64,000 nucleotides of DNA from a bacterium. GTDB lineage: Bacteria > UBA10199 > DSSB01. How positions within the stretch are numbered: position 1 is the first letter of the stretch; each line of letters begins with the position of its first letter. The stretch covers positions 426,747 to 490,746 of the forward strand of contig JAXMHH010000002.1 in NCBI GenBank assembly GCA_046346845.1, read 5' to 3'. The notes under the pieces were generated by a model. It was not told the origin of the DNA and did not search any database. It saw only the letters and a program-made list of their open reading frames with translations. Shown piece after piece: positions 51,901-60,532 of the stretch. A program made the position numbers and the translations under genes.

Positions 51901-53224
51901 GTCTCAGGCCGTGGAACAGGCCATGCTGCACTTGGAGTCGCAGGGCTTCGCCTTGCGGGGGCGCTTTCGCGCGGCAGCCTTGGCGGGGGGCGCGGAGGAG
52001 TGGTGCGACCGCGAGGTCTTGGCGCGCATCCATCGGCGCTGTCTCTCCCGCCTGCGTCAAGAATTGGAGCCGGTGACGACGGCGGATTTCGTGCGCTTCC
52101 TCTTGCATTGGCAGCACGTCGCCCCGGGAACGCAGTTGGTCGGCGCACCGGGACTCCTGGAGGTGATCGCCCAATTGCAAGGCCTGCAGCTCCCCGCCGC
52201 GGCCTGGGAGCGGGAGGTCTTTCCCGCCCGGGTCGTCGGTTATCAGAGCTCGATGTTGGATGAGTTGTGCCTGAATGGGACAGTACTGTGGGGGCGGCTG
52301 TTGCCCGTCGGCGGCGAGGAGGAAGAGGCATCCAGCACTTCAGCGCGCGGACGCCGCCGGGCCGCGCCCAACCGGAATACGACGCTGTCAGTATTGCTGC
52401 GGGAGAGTCTTCTACATTTTTTGCGAGCCAGCTCACCCAAGGAGCCGAGTTATGCTGGGCTAGGCGCCTCCGCAAGACAGATTTTGGAATTGCTGAGCCA
52501 ACGTGGGGCGATGTTTTTTAACGAATTGCAATCGGTTACCGGAAGACTGCGCACGGATCTAGATCAGGCCCTCTGGGAGCTGGTGACGGCGGGGGCGATC
52601 ACCTGCGACGGTTTCGCGGGGCTGCGTAACTTATTGCAGCCCTCGCGGCGCCGGGAGAAGGCGCGGCTCTTGGCGCGCTATCCCTACGCGCGGGGGCCGA
52701 TGTTCGTCGGCGGAGGCGGGCGTTGGTCGCTGCTTCGGCCGCCCGGATCGGCGAGGCCGGGGGCGCGCGGTCCCTTGGGCGAAACGGCGGAGCTGGAGTT
52801 CCTGGCGGACCAGTACCTGCACCGTTGGGGTGTGGTGTTTCGGGACGTCTTGGCGCGCGAGCCCTTCGCCCCCCCGTGGCGGAGCCTGCTCGGCGTCTAC
52901 CGGCGACTGGAGGCCCGCGGCTTATTGCGCGGCGGCCGTTTCGTCGCGGCCTTCGGCGGCGAGCAGTTCGCCTTGCCCCAGGCGGTGGAGGCCTTGCGGG
53001 CCCTGCGTCGGGAGGAGGCCAAGGAAGAGGAACCGCCTGTCTTTTTGTCGGCGGCGGATCCGCTGAACGTCACCGGCTACCTCACGCCGCCGCCGCGGGT
53101 CCCCGGGACCTTGACGCATCGCCTGCGTATTATCGGCGGGGTGCCGGAGGCTTGGGAAGGCTTGGGGCCCCAAGCCGCGCCGCTGAACTCCTCGAGGGGA
53201 GGGGCATTGCGATTGATTCGTTGA
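48935..53224 (+). CDS. lhr: Lhr-family DEAD/DEAH helicase (long form) with locally scrambled motif III
   Basis: APTGSGKT, VDEIH, TASLELGID, QRIGRAGH, C-terminal winged-helix region. The canonical GLSATQRPIQEIARF sits in another frame at 49533-49580. Confidence 0.9.
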   Translation: MHPSLQSFHPVIARWFEGRFGAPTEPQRRGWPLIASGRDTLIAAPTGSGKTLAAFLACLDRLVRAGEAGLLKDQTSVVYVSPLKALGNDIQKNLAEPLAELRALGQAMGIALPEIRSAVRSGDTTAGERAAMLKQPPHLLITTPESLYLLLTSQRGRELLAPAQTVIVDEIHALARDKRGSHFALSLERLDRLARRRIPRGPVGNPTAHPGDRALLVGSSRVAADGSPDCVIVDSGHRRELDLALEIPEEELGAVASKELWGDIYDRVAQLVQEHRSTLVFVNTRRLVERATHALSERLGEEAVAAHHGSLSKETRLDAETRLKSGLTKAVVATASLELGIDVGAVDLVCHIGSPRSLAVGLQRIGRAGHAPNSQDAETALVLPKGRLFPATRDELLECAAFVRGVRRGNLEKTHLMAHPLDILAQQMAAAVACEELGEDELFALVRGAWPYARLPREEFDAVLTLLSEGIATSRGPRGAWLHRDGVTHRLRPRRGARLAALTSGGAIPDNFTYTVVKEPEGTVIGSLDEDFAIESLAGDVILLGNTSWRIRRIEAGRVRVEDAHGQAPNIPFWLGEAPGRSPELSWEVSELRKALEPLLETPERAIAFLEQECGVPILGAEQAVSYLRQAKQALGTLPTQETLIAERFFDEGGGMQLVLHAPFGGRMNRAFGLALRKRFCAGFNFELQAAATDDGILLSLGPQHSFPLDSVFRFLSTQTVQHTLEQAVLDAPVFGVRWRWNATRALALLRQSGGKRVPPAIQRMRSDDLLAAAFPDQAACQENVTRPIAIPDHPLVTETMRNCLEEAMDLPGLTALLRRIEAGEIRLLARDTPTPSPLSHEILNSNPYTFLDDAPLEERRARAVATRRTLSEEDLRAFGALDEAAIAAVEAENWPDLRSADELADALRDLFLLPELSVSTAWRPWLQELEAAGRAAALGRHYASHDRRELAERALLGDSEAVAAVLRGWLTAGGPATVAQWANKIQLPSQAVEQAMLHLESQGFALRGRFRAAALAGGAEEWCDREVLARIHRRCLSRLRQELEPVTTADFVRFLLHWQHVAPGTQLVGAPGLLEVIAQLQGLQLPAAAWEREVFPARVVGYQSSMLDELCLNGTVLWGRLLPVGGEEEEASSTSARGRRRAAPNRNTTLSVLLRESLLHFLRASSPKEPSYAGLGASARQILELLSQRGAMFFNELQSVTGRLRTDLDQALWELVTAGAITCDGFAGLRNLLQPSRRREKARLLARYPYARGPMFVGGGGRWSLLRPPGSARPGARGPLGETAELEFLADQYLHRWGVVFRDVLAREPFAPPWRSLLGVYRRLEARGLLRGGRFVAAFGGEQFALPQAVEALRALRREEAKEEEPPVFLSAADPLNVTGYLTPPPRVPGTLTHRLRIIGGVPEAWEGLGPQAAPLNSSRGGALRLIR

Positions 53225-53298
53225 AAAATCGGGGAAAACGGCGGGCTTGAACCGTGGTTAGCGGCACCGAAGCAGAATTGGCCCCGGGCGACCCATGA

Positions 53299-53312
53299 TT
53301 GACTTGGGTCAA
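53299..53312. promoter_or_regulatory. Crp/Fnr-family-like box
   Basis: Perfect TTGAC-N4-GTCAA, with TATTCT -10 at 53334-53339. Confidence 0.5.
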
Positions 53313-53365
53313 AGCTATTTTCGTCCAGAGGGATATTCTCTACTTTTTCAAGAAAGGATATTTTC

Positions 53366-53854
53366 ATGATTCAAGAAGTCAGCGGAGATATATTGCTGTC
53401 ACAAGCCCAGGTCATGGCCCACGGGATCGCCCCAGGCGACCATTTCGATCAAGGGTTGGCCCTTGCCGTTCGGGAGCGATGGCCGGCCATGGTGAAAGAT
53501 TTCCGGCATTATTGTCACCAGAGCTCGCCGAAGCCGGGCGAGATCTGGAGCTGGGCTGGTCCCCAAGTCCACATCGTCAATTTGTTCACGCAAGATCCAG
53601 CGCCGAGTTCCGCCGCATTGCCCGGCAAGGCGCAGGTGAAGTACCTTCGATCTTGCCTGGAGAAATTATCCCAGCTCGCGGAGTCCGAAAGATTTCGCAG
53701 CATCGCCCTGCCCAAGGTTGGGACGGGCGTGGGAAAACTCGAGTGGTCCGAGGTTCGGGGACTGATCGAGGAGAAGCTGAAGGGCTTGTCTATCCCCGTA
53801 TTTGTTTATGCCAAATACGTTCCCGGGCAAAAGGCCGAGGAGCGGGGGGCCTAG
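53366..53854 (+). CDS. Macro domain protein (Poa1p/TARG1/DarG-like class)
   Basis: MIQEVSGDILLS, GLALAVRERWP, IVNLFTQ, SIALPKVGTGVGKLEWSEV. Confidence 0.82.
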   Translation: MIQEVSGDILLSQAQVMAHGIAPGDHFDQGLALAVRERWPAMVKDFRHYCHQSSPKPGEIWSWAGPQVHIVNLFTQDPAPSSAALPGKAQVKYLRSCLEKLSQLAESERFRSIALPKVGTGVGKLEWSEVRGLIEEKLKGLSIPVFVYAKYVPGQKAEERGA

Positions 53855-53903
53855 GAAGCATTGCCCCACCTCCTAGGGTCTCCCTAGGTGGTGGGCGGCG
53901 AGG

Positions 53904-53946
53904 GTCGGGGCGACTGGATTTGAACCAGCGACTCCTTGCTCCCGAA
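53904..53946 (-). repeat. 43-bp duplicate of the tRNA-Pro 3' half (att site)
   Basis: Identical to 55960-56002. Confidence 0.9.
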
Positions 53947-54060
53947 ACCACTCGGGGAATTTTTCCGCTTTTCGCGGTGTCTTCCCATGGTGGGTCAAGA
54001 CATTGTGAGGTCATTATTGGGTCAAATGCGTTTCTTTTGTGGGAGTATTGTGGGGAAAAA

Positions 54061-55302
54061 TTAAGTCTCGAAGAATCTTTTTGCGGTGTTTTCGATTTCT
54101 GTGACAATTTTCGTTAAAGTCTTTTCTCCACCGAAATGTTCGGTGAAGAATTCAGCCTCACTTTTCGCGATACTAGGAAGTTCCTTTGAAAATTCGTTTA
54201 CTATCTTAAGGACGAACCTAGTGCCTACCCCTGCCTCTTGCGCAAAGGTTTCCCAGTGCCGCTCAAAAATATCCCTACGTTTATATTTCTCCCCGATCTT
54301 CATGGCCAATTTTTCTGAAAGGCCTTCATAGACTGAAGTCGACATGAGGTCATAAAATGGCGCCAGATGAACCCCTTCCGAGGAGATGAGAAGGGAAATG
54401 TTCTTTGCGTGGGCGTCGCAATTGCCAATGAGGAAGTTAAAGACCGCCCACGAAATTAGCCCCTTCTTGTCGACCGCCGGTCGTTGGCTGAATTCTTCCA
54501 CAACCCTAAAGCAGTCTGAAAATGAAGGTCCCCCTTCGCTTTGGTACTTTTGGTCGGGATATCTCCCTAAAGCTTGGCAAAAATCCTCCTGGTGCAAACG
54601 TTTGAGATTTGAGCGCGAAGCCCCTTCCCGATCGTATCGTTTGACCAGATAAATGGGCTTCTTTTTGCAAAAAATAATTTCGATGTCCGGCACTTCGAGC
54701 CCGATAGATCTCGCCAGTTTCATGCAAAAAGCTTCGTTGAATACGGTATCTTCAAAGTTAGGCATGGAGGGTTTAAGAATATGCGAGCTAGGGGCTCCAT
54801 CCTCTGGAAGGAAGAGTTTTTTGTCCTCATAAAAAACCGGCAACTTGTCCTGAACCCCTGCCAAGGATAAGCGAGCTTTTCCATCCGCCAGTAGTAAGGG
54901 ACGTCGAGGCATTTCACTGATCAGGTCGTCTAGCTCGGATTCGCTAAGCTCCCGATAGTTCCCATTTTTAGGTGGTGGTTGTTCTGCTGGATAAGTTGAA
55001 ATGGCTCCAGCGCACTCACCTCCCAGGACCGCTAACATTTCAAAATCATTGGTCGCTGATTGGCCCTGTTTTGCTGCGATGAGCTGGCGTACTTTCCCTT
55101 CCGGTAGGAGGTTAGAGAAAAAGGGTTTTGCAAAATCGTCTTCGAACGGTGCTTCCTGTAACGGAAGGCGGATGGAAAGAGGAAAGGGGTTTTGGTTTTT
55201 TAGCCAAACGGGATCGTATTGAAATACCCAGCGGCGCCTTTCATCGATAGTAAGCTTGCCGACATTATCGGAGTTGCAGAGCACAAAAAGAGTGGAGGTC
55301 AT
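54061..55302 (-). CDS. hipA: HipA family toxin kinase (N-terminal couple domain plus kinase)
   Basis: FFSNLLPEG, SLAGVQDK, HILKP, RLHQEDFCQAL, GNCDAHAKNIS, LAPFYD. Confidence 0.93.
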   Translation of the reverse strand: MTSTLFVLCNSDNVGKLTIDERRRWVFQYDPVWLKNQNPFPLSIRLPLQEAPFEDDFAKPFFSNLLPEGKVRQLIAAKQGQSATNDFEMLAVLGGECAGAISTYPAEQPPPKNGNYRELSESELDDLISEMPRRPLLLADGKARLSLAGVQDKLPVFYEDKKLFLPEDGAPSSHILKPSMPNFEDTVFNEAFCMKLARSIGLEVPDIEIIFCKKKPIYLVKRYDREGASRSNLKRLHQEDFCQALGRYPDQKYQSEGGPSFSDCFRVVEEFSQRPAVDKKGLISWAVFNFLIGNCDAHAKNISLLISSEGVHLAPFYDLMSTSVYEGLSEKLAMKIGEKYKRRDIFERHWETFAQEAGVGTRFVLKIVNEFSKELPSIAKSEAEFFTEHFGGEKTLTKIVTEIENTAKRFFET

Positions 55303-55520
55303 TGGCGTCCTCGCGACTTGATTTCGCAGGACAATCCCAGCCCGTTGAGCACCTTGAAGACTTTGCCAATTTGCAGGCTGTCCTTTCCGTTTTCAAGCTC
55401 AGAGAGGAAACGTGTTCCTACCCCGCAAAGGGCGGCCGTTTCTGTTTGAGTAAGACCAGAGGCTTTGCGTTTTTCCCGAACCTTTTGAGCCAAAGCTTTT
55501 ATATTATCGGTTTGCGGCAT
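55299..55520 (-). CDS. hipB: HipB-like XRE HTH antitoxin
   Basis: RKASGLTQTETAALCGVGTRFLSELENGK; ATGA overlap with hipA. Confidence 0.9.
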   Translation of the reverse strand: MPQTDNIKALAQKVREKRKASGLTQTETAALCGVGTRFLSELENGKDSLQIGKVFKVLNGLGLSCEIKSRGRQ

Positions 55521-55526
55521 ATGTTT

Positions 55527-55643
55527 TATTCCCGTTCGGGAATAATGAGCTTGTGAACGTGCTATTTCAAGATAAATATTCCCGAACGGGAATATTTTTA
55601 TAATTCAAGGGTGAAAATTCAATAATATTCCCGTTCGGGAATA
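55527..55643. promoter_or_regulatory. Three 18-bp palindromic operators upstream of hipB
   Basis: TATTCCCG-NN-CGGGAATA at 55527-55544, 55577-55594 and 55626-55643. Confidence 0.8.
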
Positions 55644-55673
55644 AAATTTGAGACTGATTTTAGGGATCCGGTT

Positions 55674-55943
55674 TTGGACGATTTAATAACCTTAAATCAT
55701 AAGTTCTCAATGTTGGTCTTATCTAATTTTTCATCAGATCAACTCCAATCTACAATTAAAGAAGATAACTTTTATGTTTTAGATAAAAATCCATTCGACT
55801 TGGAGGAGCATTGGGAAAAGTGGCTCGGAGTAATTGAACACATCAGGAAGGCGGTAAGTTCCAGGCGGTGGTTGGTGGGAAAAAATGAAATCGTGGAAGT
55901 ATTCTGGGAAAATTTCTCCAACCACCTAGGGCGAATGCCCTAA
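55674..55943 (+). pseudogene. AT-rich ORF fragment inside the island
   Basis: 89-codon ORF with TTG start; no recognisable family. Confidence 0.3.
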
Positions 55944-55960
55944 GTAGTTGAAAAAAATAG

Positions 55961-56034
55961 TCGGGGCGACTGGATTTGAACCAGCGACTCCTTGCTCCCG
56001 AAGCAAGTACTCTACCAGGCTGAGCTACGCCCCG
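55961..56034 (-). tRNA. tRNA-Pro(CGG), CCA not encoded
   Basis: cggggcgtagctcagcctggtagagtacttgcttcgggagcaaggagtcgctggttcaaatccagtcgccccga; anticodon arm cttgc-ttcggga-gcaag. Confidence 0.95.
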
Positions 56035-56074
56035 AATCAGGCGCCCCTGCGCTAGCGCGAAGGGGATCCTAAAT

Positions 56075-56587
56075 CTACTGATATTTCTTGAGCAGCGCCA
56101 AGGCTTTTTTCTTTTCCTTCGGTGGACGGAAGGCCTCGCCCTTGCCCGGCCGGCGTCGGGTCCGCAAGACCTCCTCGTCCGGGGCCTCCGCTTCCAAGAT
56201 CTTTCCCACCTCCCGCTCGAATTCCTCTGATTTCAGCACCGATGCGCCGGCCTTCACGGCGGCCTCGAGGATCATCCGGTCCGAGCTGACCACCACCGCC
56301 GCCTCGCCCTGGGCCTGGACCATCGCGATGATCTCCTCGTCGGCCGTGTAGCCGCCGCGCGAGGCCAAGACGGTCAGGCCATGCGGGTGGCTGGACTGCA
56401 GCTCCCGCTGCAGTCCGGAATAGGCGTCGAAGACCACGCAGAGCCGCTCCCCGGTTCGGGCGCTGAATTCGCCCAGCCAGCGCAGGGCGCTGGCCTTACC
56501 CCGCGCGCCATGGCGGGCCTCCAGCTCCGCAAAGCGTCGGCTCTGGCGGATGAAATTATAGCCATCGATGATCCAAAGTGTGGGCAT
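56075..56587 (-). CDS. NYN/PIN domain protein (YacP-like)
   Basis: IIDGYN, VVFD, TADEEI, VVSSDR. Confidence 0.85.
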   Translation of the reverse strand: MPTLWIIDGYNFIRQSRRFAELEARHGARGKASALRWLGEFSARTGERLCVVFDAYSGLQRELQSSHPHGLTVLASRGGYTADEEIIAMVQAQGEAAVVVSSDRMILEAAVKAGASVLKSEEFEREVGKILEAEAPDEEVLRTRRRPGKGEAFRPPKEKKKALALLKKYQ

Positions 56588-56699
56588 GGAGATTAAATAT
56601 TAGGCAATTGCTGCGAATGTGGGCACAAGAGCTAGTCCTATCGACCCAAAATTGTTCAAAATATCTTTCCGTTTTAATGAGTTATTCCACTTGCTTTTA

Positions 56700-56715
56700 T
56701 GGCATGAGGCTTGCT
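56700..56715 (+). promoter_or_regulatory. Sigma54 promoter of amtB-PII
   Basis: TGGCATGAGGCTTGCT. Confidence 0.8.
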
Positions 56716-56798
56716 TTGCTGTCGAGCGTGCATCCCTTCGGCTCCCTCCCGGGGCCTGAGGTTTAAACCATTTATTCCATTCATAAGGAGAGCACCCG

Positions 56799-58325
56799 AT
56801 GTTTTCCTCCCAGCTGGGGCGTCGTGCCGCCCTCGTTTTCTTATTTGTACTCGTGACGGTCTCGGCCGCGGTTCGCGCGGGCGCTACGCCGTCCGAACCC
56901 GCCGCCGCTTGGACCCTCGCCCAAGCCGAGGCGTCCGCCCCCGCCGCGGTCAGCGGCGCCGCCAAGGCCGAACCCAGCCTCGAGCAGCGCATCGCCGACC
57001 TCGAGGCCTACATCAACAACACCGCCCGCGGCTCGGACGCCGCGGACAGCAAGGTGAGCTCGAAGGTCCCCGGCGCAGGTCCCGGCCACAACGCCTGGAT
57101 GATGACCTCGGCGGCGCTCGTCCTGTTCATGACCTTGCCCGGACTGGCCTTGTTTTACGGCGGCTTGGTTCGCAAGAAGAACGTGCTCTCGGTCCTGGCA
57201 CAATGCCTTGGCATCACCGGCCTCGTCACTCTGCTCTGGTGGGCGGTCGGCTATAGCTTGGTCTTCTCGCCGGGCGGCCCGCTCTTGGGCAACCTCGACT
57301 TCGCCTTCCTCAAGGGGGTCGACTCCAACCCGAACACCAACTACTCCTACTGGGTCTCCCACAACGTCTTTTCGATGTACCAGATGATGTTCGCGATCAT
57401 CACTCCCGGCCTGATCATCGGCGCGATTGCCGAGCGCATGAAGTTTTCGGCGATCATGCTGTTCGTGGCCCTCTGGATGTTCGTGATCTACTTCCCCCTC
57501 GCCCACATGGTCTGGGGCATCGACGGCCTGATGAACGGGGTCTGGAACGCCAATGCGTCGATCAAGGCCATCGATTTCGCGGGCGGGACGGTCGTTCACA
57601 TGTCCTCCGGTTGGTCGGCCCTGATCCTCTGCATGATCCTCGGCAAGCGCATCGGCTTCGGCAAGGAGCATATGCCGCCGCACAGCATGGTGCTCTGCAT
57701 GGTCGGCACCGGCATGCTCTGGGTGGGCTGGTACGGTTTTAACGCGGGCAGCGCGGTGGCCGCGGACGGAGTCGCCGCCAACGCCTTCATGACCACCACG
57801 GTGGCCGCGGCGGTGGGCAGCTTCGCCTGGGCCCTCGCCGAATACCTCGACCGCGGCAAGCCCAGCGTGCTGGGTTTTTGTTCCGGCGCGGTCGGCGGCC
57901 TGGTCGTCATCACGCCGGGTGCCGGCTTCGTCAACGTCGGTTCGGCCGTGATCATCGGCATCCTGGCCGGCGTGGTTCCCTATTTCGCGGTGACCCGGCT
58001 CAAGCATTGGCTGGGCTACGACGACGCCCTCGACACCTTCGGAGTCCACGCCGTGGGCGGGACGATGGGCGCCTTCCTCACCGGGATCTTCGCCACCGCG
58101 GACGTGAACGCCAACCTGCTCACCAACCTGAAAGACGTCCTCGCGAAGAACTCGCTGTGGGTCGAGCAGCTCAAGGCGATGGGCCTAACCATCCTCATGT
58201 CGGTCTTGGGCACCGTCGTGATCGCCTACCTGATCAAGGCTACCTTGGGTCTCCGCGCCAGCCCCGAGACCGAGGTCCAGGGCCTCGACCTCTCCGAGCA
58301 CGGCGAAGAGGGCTATATCTATTAA
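56799..58325 (+). CDS. amtB: Ammonium transporter
   Basis: PGLALFYGGLVRKKNVL, DFAGGTVVH, WYGFNAGS, DDALDTFGVH, HGEEGY. Confidence 0.96.
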   Translation: MFSSQLGRRAALVFLFVLVTVSAAVRAGATPSEPAAAWTLAQAEASAPAAVSGAAKAEPSLEQRIADLEAYINNTARGSDAADSKVSSKVPGAGPGHNAWMMTSAALVLFMTLPGLALFYGGLVRKKNVLSVLAQCLGITGLVTLLWWAVGYSLVFSPGGPLLGNLDFAFLKGVDSNPNTNYSYWVSHNVFSMYQMMFAIITPGLIIGAIAERMKFSAIMLFVALWMFVIYFPLAHMVWGIDGLMNGVWNANASIKAIDFAGGTVVHMSSGWSALILCMILGKRIGFGKEHMPPHSMVLCMVGTGMLWVGWYGFNAGSAVAADGVAANAFMTTTVAAAVGSFAWALAEYLDRGKPSVLGFCSGAVGGLVVITPGAGFVNVGSAVIIGILAGVVPYFAVTRLKHWLGYDDALDTFGVHAVGGTMGAFLTGIFATADVNANLLTNLKDVLAKNSLWVEQLKAMGLTILMSVLGTVVIAYLIKATLGLRASPETEVQGLDLSEHGEEGYIY

Positions 58326-58352
58326 CCCGGCGCGTCTTTGACGCAGCCATGA

Positions 58353-58718
<366 letters not shown>

Positions 58719-58904
58719 AAATGCCGGAGAAATGCCCTTTTCCTGGGCGCCGGCCGCCGGGCCCGGCGGCCAGATGCCTAGATTATGGGCAACCGTGGAT
58801 AAGGTTGGTTTTTTTAACAGAGAATTCTTGACAGTCCGAAGACGTCGCATTAGCGGCCTGTCGTCGAACTATCCAGGTTCAACATAATTCAAAGGAGATC
58901 CCTT

Positions 58905-60323
58905 ATGGGAATGACCCCCAAAGACGTAGTGGAATTCGCCAAAAAGAACGGCGCCGTCATGGTCGACCTGAAATTCATCGACTACCCCGGCGTGTGGCAA
59001 CATCTCAGCATTCCGATCAGCGAGTTTGACGAAGGTTTCTTCGAGCGCGGCCAAGGCTTCGACGGATCCAGCATCCGCGGCTGGCAACCCATCCACGCCT
59101 CCGACATGCTGCTCGTCGCCGATCCCACCACGGCGGTCATGGATCCCATCATGGCTCATCCCACGCTGAGCTTGATCTGCAACATCTACGACCCGATCAC
59201 CCGCGAGCCCTACACCCGCGACCCGCGCCACGTCGCCCAAAAGGCCGAGGCCTTCCTGAAGTCCTCCGGCGTCGGCGATATCGCCTACTTTGGTCCCGAG
59301 GCCGAATTCTTCATCTTCGACGACGTGCGTTTCAGCCAGAGCTCCAACGAGGCCTTCTACGCCGTTGACTCGGTCGAAGGCATCTGGAACACCGGCCGCG
59401 ACGAGGGCCCCAACCTGGGCTACAAGCCGCGCCATAAAGAGGGCTACTTCCCTGCGCCCCCGACCGACAGCCTGATGGACCTCCGCACCGAGATCTGCCT
59501 GACCCTCGAGAAGGTCGGCATCCGCGTCGAGGCCCAGCATCACGAAGTCGCCACCGGTGGCCAATGCGAGATCGACATGCGCTTCGACAGCCTCACTCGG
59601 ATGGCCGATAAGCTCATGTGGTTCAAGTACATCATCAAGAACGTCGCGGTGAAGCACGGCCGCACGGTCACCTTCATGCCGAAGCCCCTGTTCGGCGACA
59701 ACGGCTCGGGCATGCACTGCCACCAGTCGATCTGGAAGGGCGAGAACAACCTGTTCGCCGGCGACAAGTACGGCGGTCTCTCGGACATGGGCCTCAACTA
59801 CATCGGCGGCATCCTGAAGCATGCCCCGGCCACCTGCGCCTTCACCAACCCCACCACCAACAGCTATCGCCGTCTGGTGCCGGGTTTCGAGGCGCCGGTC
59901 AACCTGGCCTACTCCAGCCGCAACCGCTCGGCCGCGATCCGTATCCCGATGCTCTCGACTTCGCCGAAGGCGAAGCGCATCGAGTTCCGGACCCCCGATC
60001 CTTCCTGCAACGCCTACCTGGCCTTCGCCGCCATGCTGATGGCGGGCCTGGACGGCGTCGAGAAGAAGATGGATCCGGGCCAGCCGCTCAACAAGAACAT
60101 CTACGCGCTGAGCCCCGAGGAGCTGAAGGACATCCCCAGCGTCCCCGGCTCGCTCGAGGAATCGATCAACAACCTCAAGAAGGACAACGCCTTCTTGAAG
60201 AAGGGCGACGTCTTCACCCAAGATGCGCTCGACATGTGGATCGAGTACAAGACCGACCAGGAGATCAACCCGGTCAAGCTGCGTCCGGTCCCCTACGAGT
60301 TCGCGCTGTACTACGACATTTAG
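58905..60323 (+). CDS. glnA: Glutamine synthetase type I
   Basis: [43 protein letters not shown] adenylylation site. Confidence 0.97.
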   Translation: MGMTPKDVVEFAKKNGAVMVDLKFIDYPGVWQHLSIPISEFDEGFFERGQGFDGSSIRGWQPIHASDMLLVADPTTAVMDPIMAHPTLSLICNIYDPITREPYTRDPRHVAQKAEAFLKSSGVGDIAYFGPEAEFFIFDDVRFSQSSNEAFYAVDSVEGIWNTGRDEGPNLGYKPRHKEGYFPAPPTDSLMDLRTEICLTLEKVGIRVEAQHHEVATGGQCEIDMRFDSLTRMADKLMWFKYIIKNVAVKHGRTVTFMPKPLFGDNGSGMHCHQSIWKGENNLFAGDKYGGLSDMGLNYIGGILKHAPATCAFTNPTTNSYRRLVPGFEAPVNLAYSSRNRSAAIRIPMLSTSPKAKRIEFRTPDPSCNAYLAFAAMLMAGLDGVEKKMDPGQPLNKNIYALSPEELKDIPSVPGSLEESINNLKKDNAFLKKGDVFTQDALDMWIEYKTDQEINPVKLRPVPYEFALYYDI

Positions 60324-60361
60324 TGGTCGCGGCCGCCAGGCGCGGCCCACCGCAAGAAATT

Positions 60362-60398
60362 TCCCCGGTTCCGCCGCTGGCGGACCGGGGATTTTTTT
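60362..60398 (+). terminator. Intrinsic terminator after glnA
   Basis: tccccggttccgcc-gct-ggcggaccgggga followed by a T7 tract. Confidence 0.8.
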
Positions 60399-60532
60399 AT
60401 GCGGTGGCCGTAAGGATCTCGGACTTCGGAGAGATCGGTTCCGATGGGTGGTGAGGGCTCGTCCCTCCGAGGGGAGAGCGGCGTTCCGAAACACTTAGCT
60501 TCGTCGTCGGCTCGAGAGCTTCGCCTTCGCGC

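Larger units (their letters stand above)
53947..55959. mobile_element. Mini genomic island at tRNA-Pro carrying hipBA
   Basis: Bounded by the 43-bp direct repeats, visibly AT-richer, no integrase. Confidence 0.75.

Noticed and set aside
53219-53352. Fifth MITE copy (ttgaaaaa...tttttcaa) at the lhr stop
   Set aside because: Only 8-bp ends, no target duplication, no internal similarity.
60404-60532. Hairpin-rich stretch after the glnA terminator as an ncRNA
   Set aside because: No promoter, no second copy in the window, and stems are short for this GC level.
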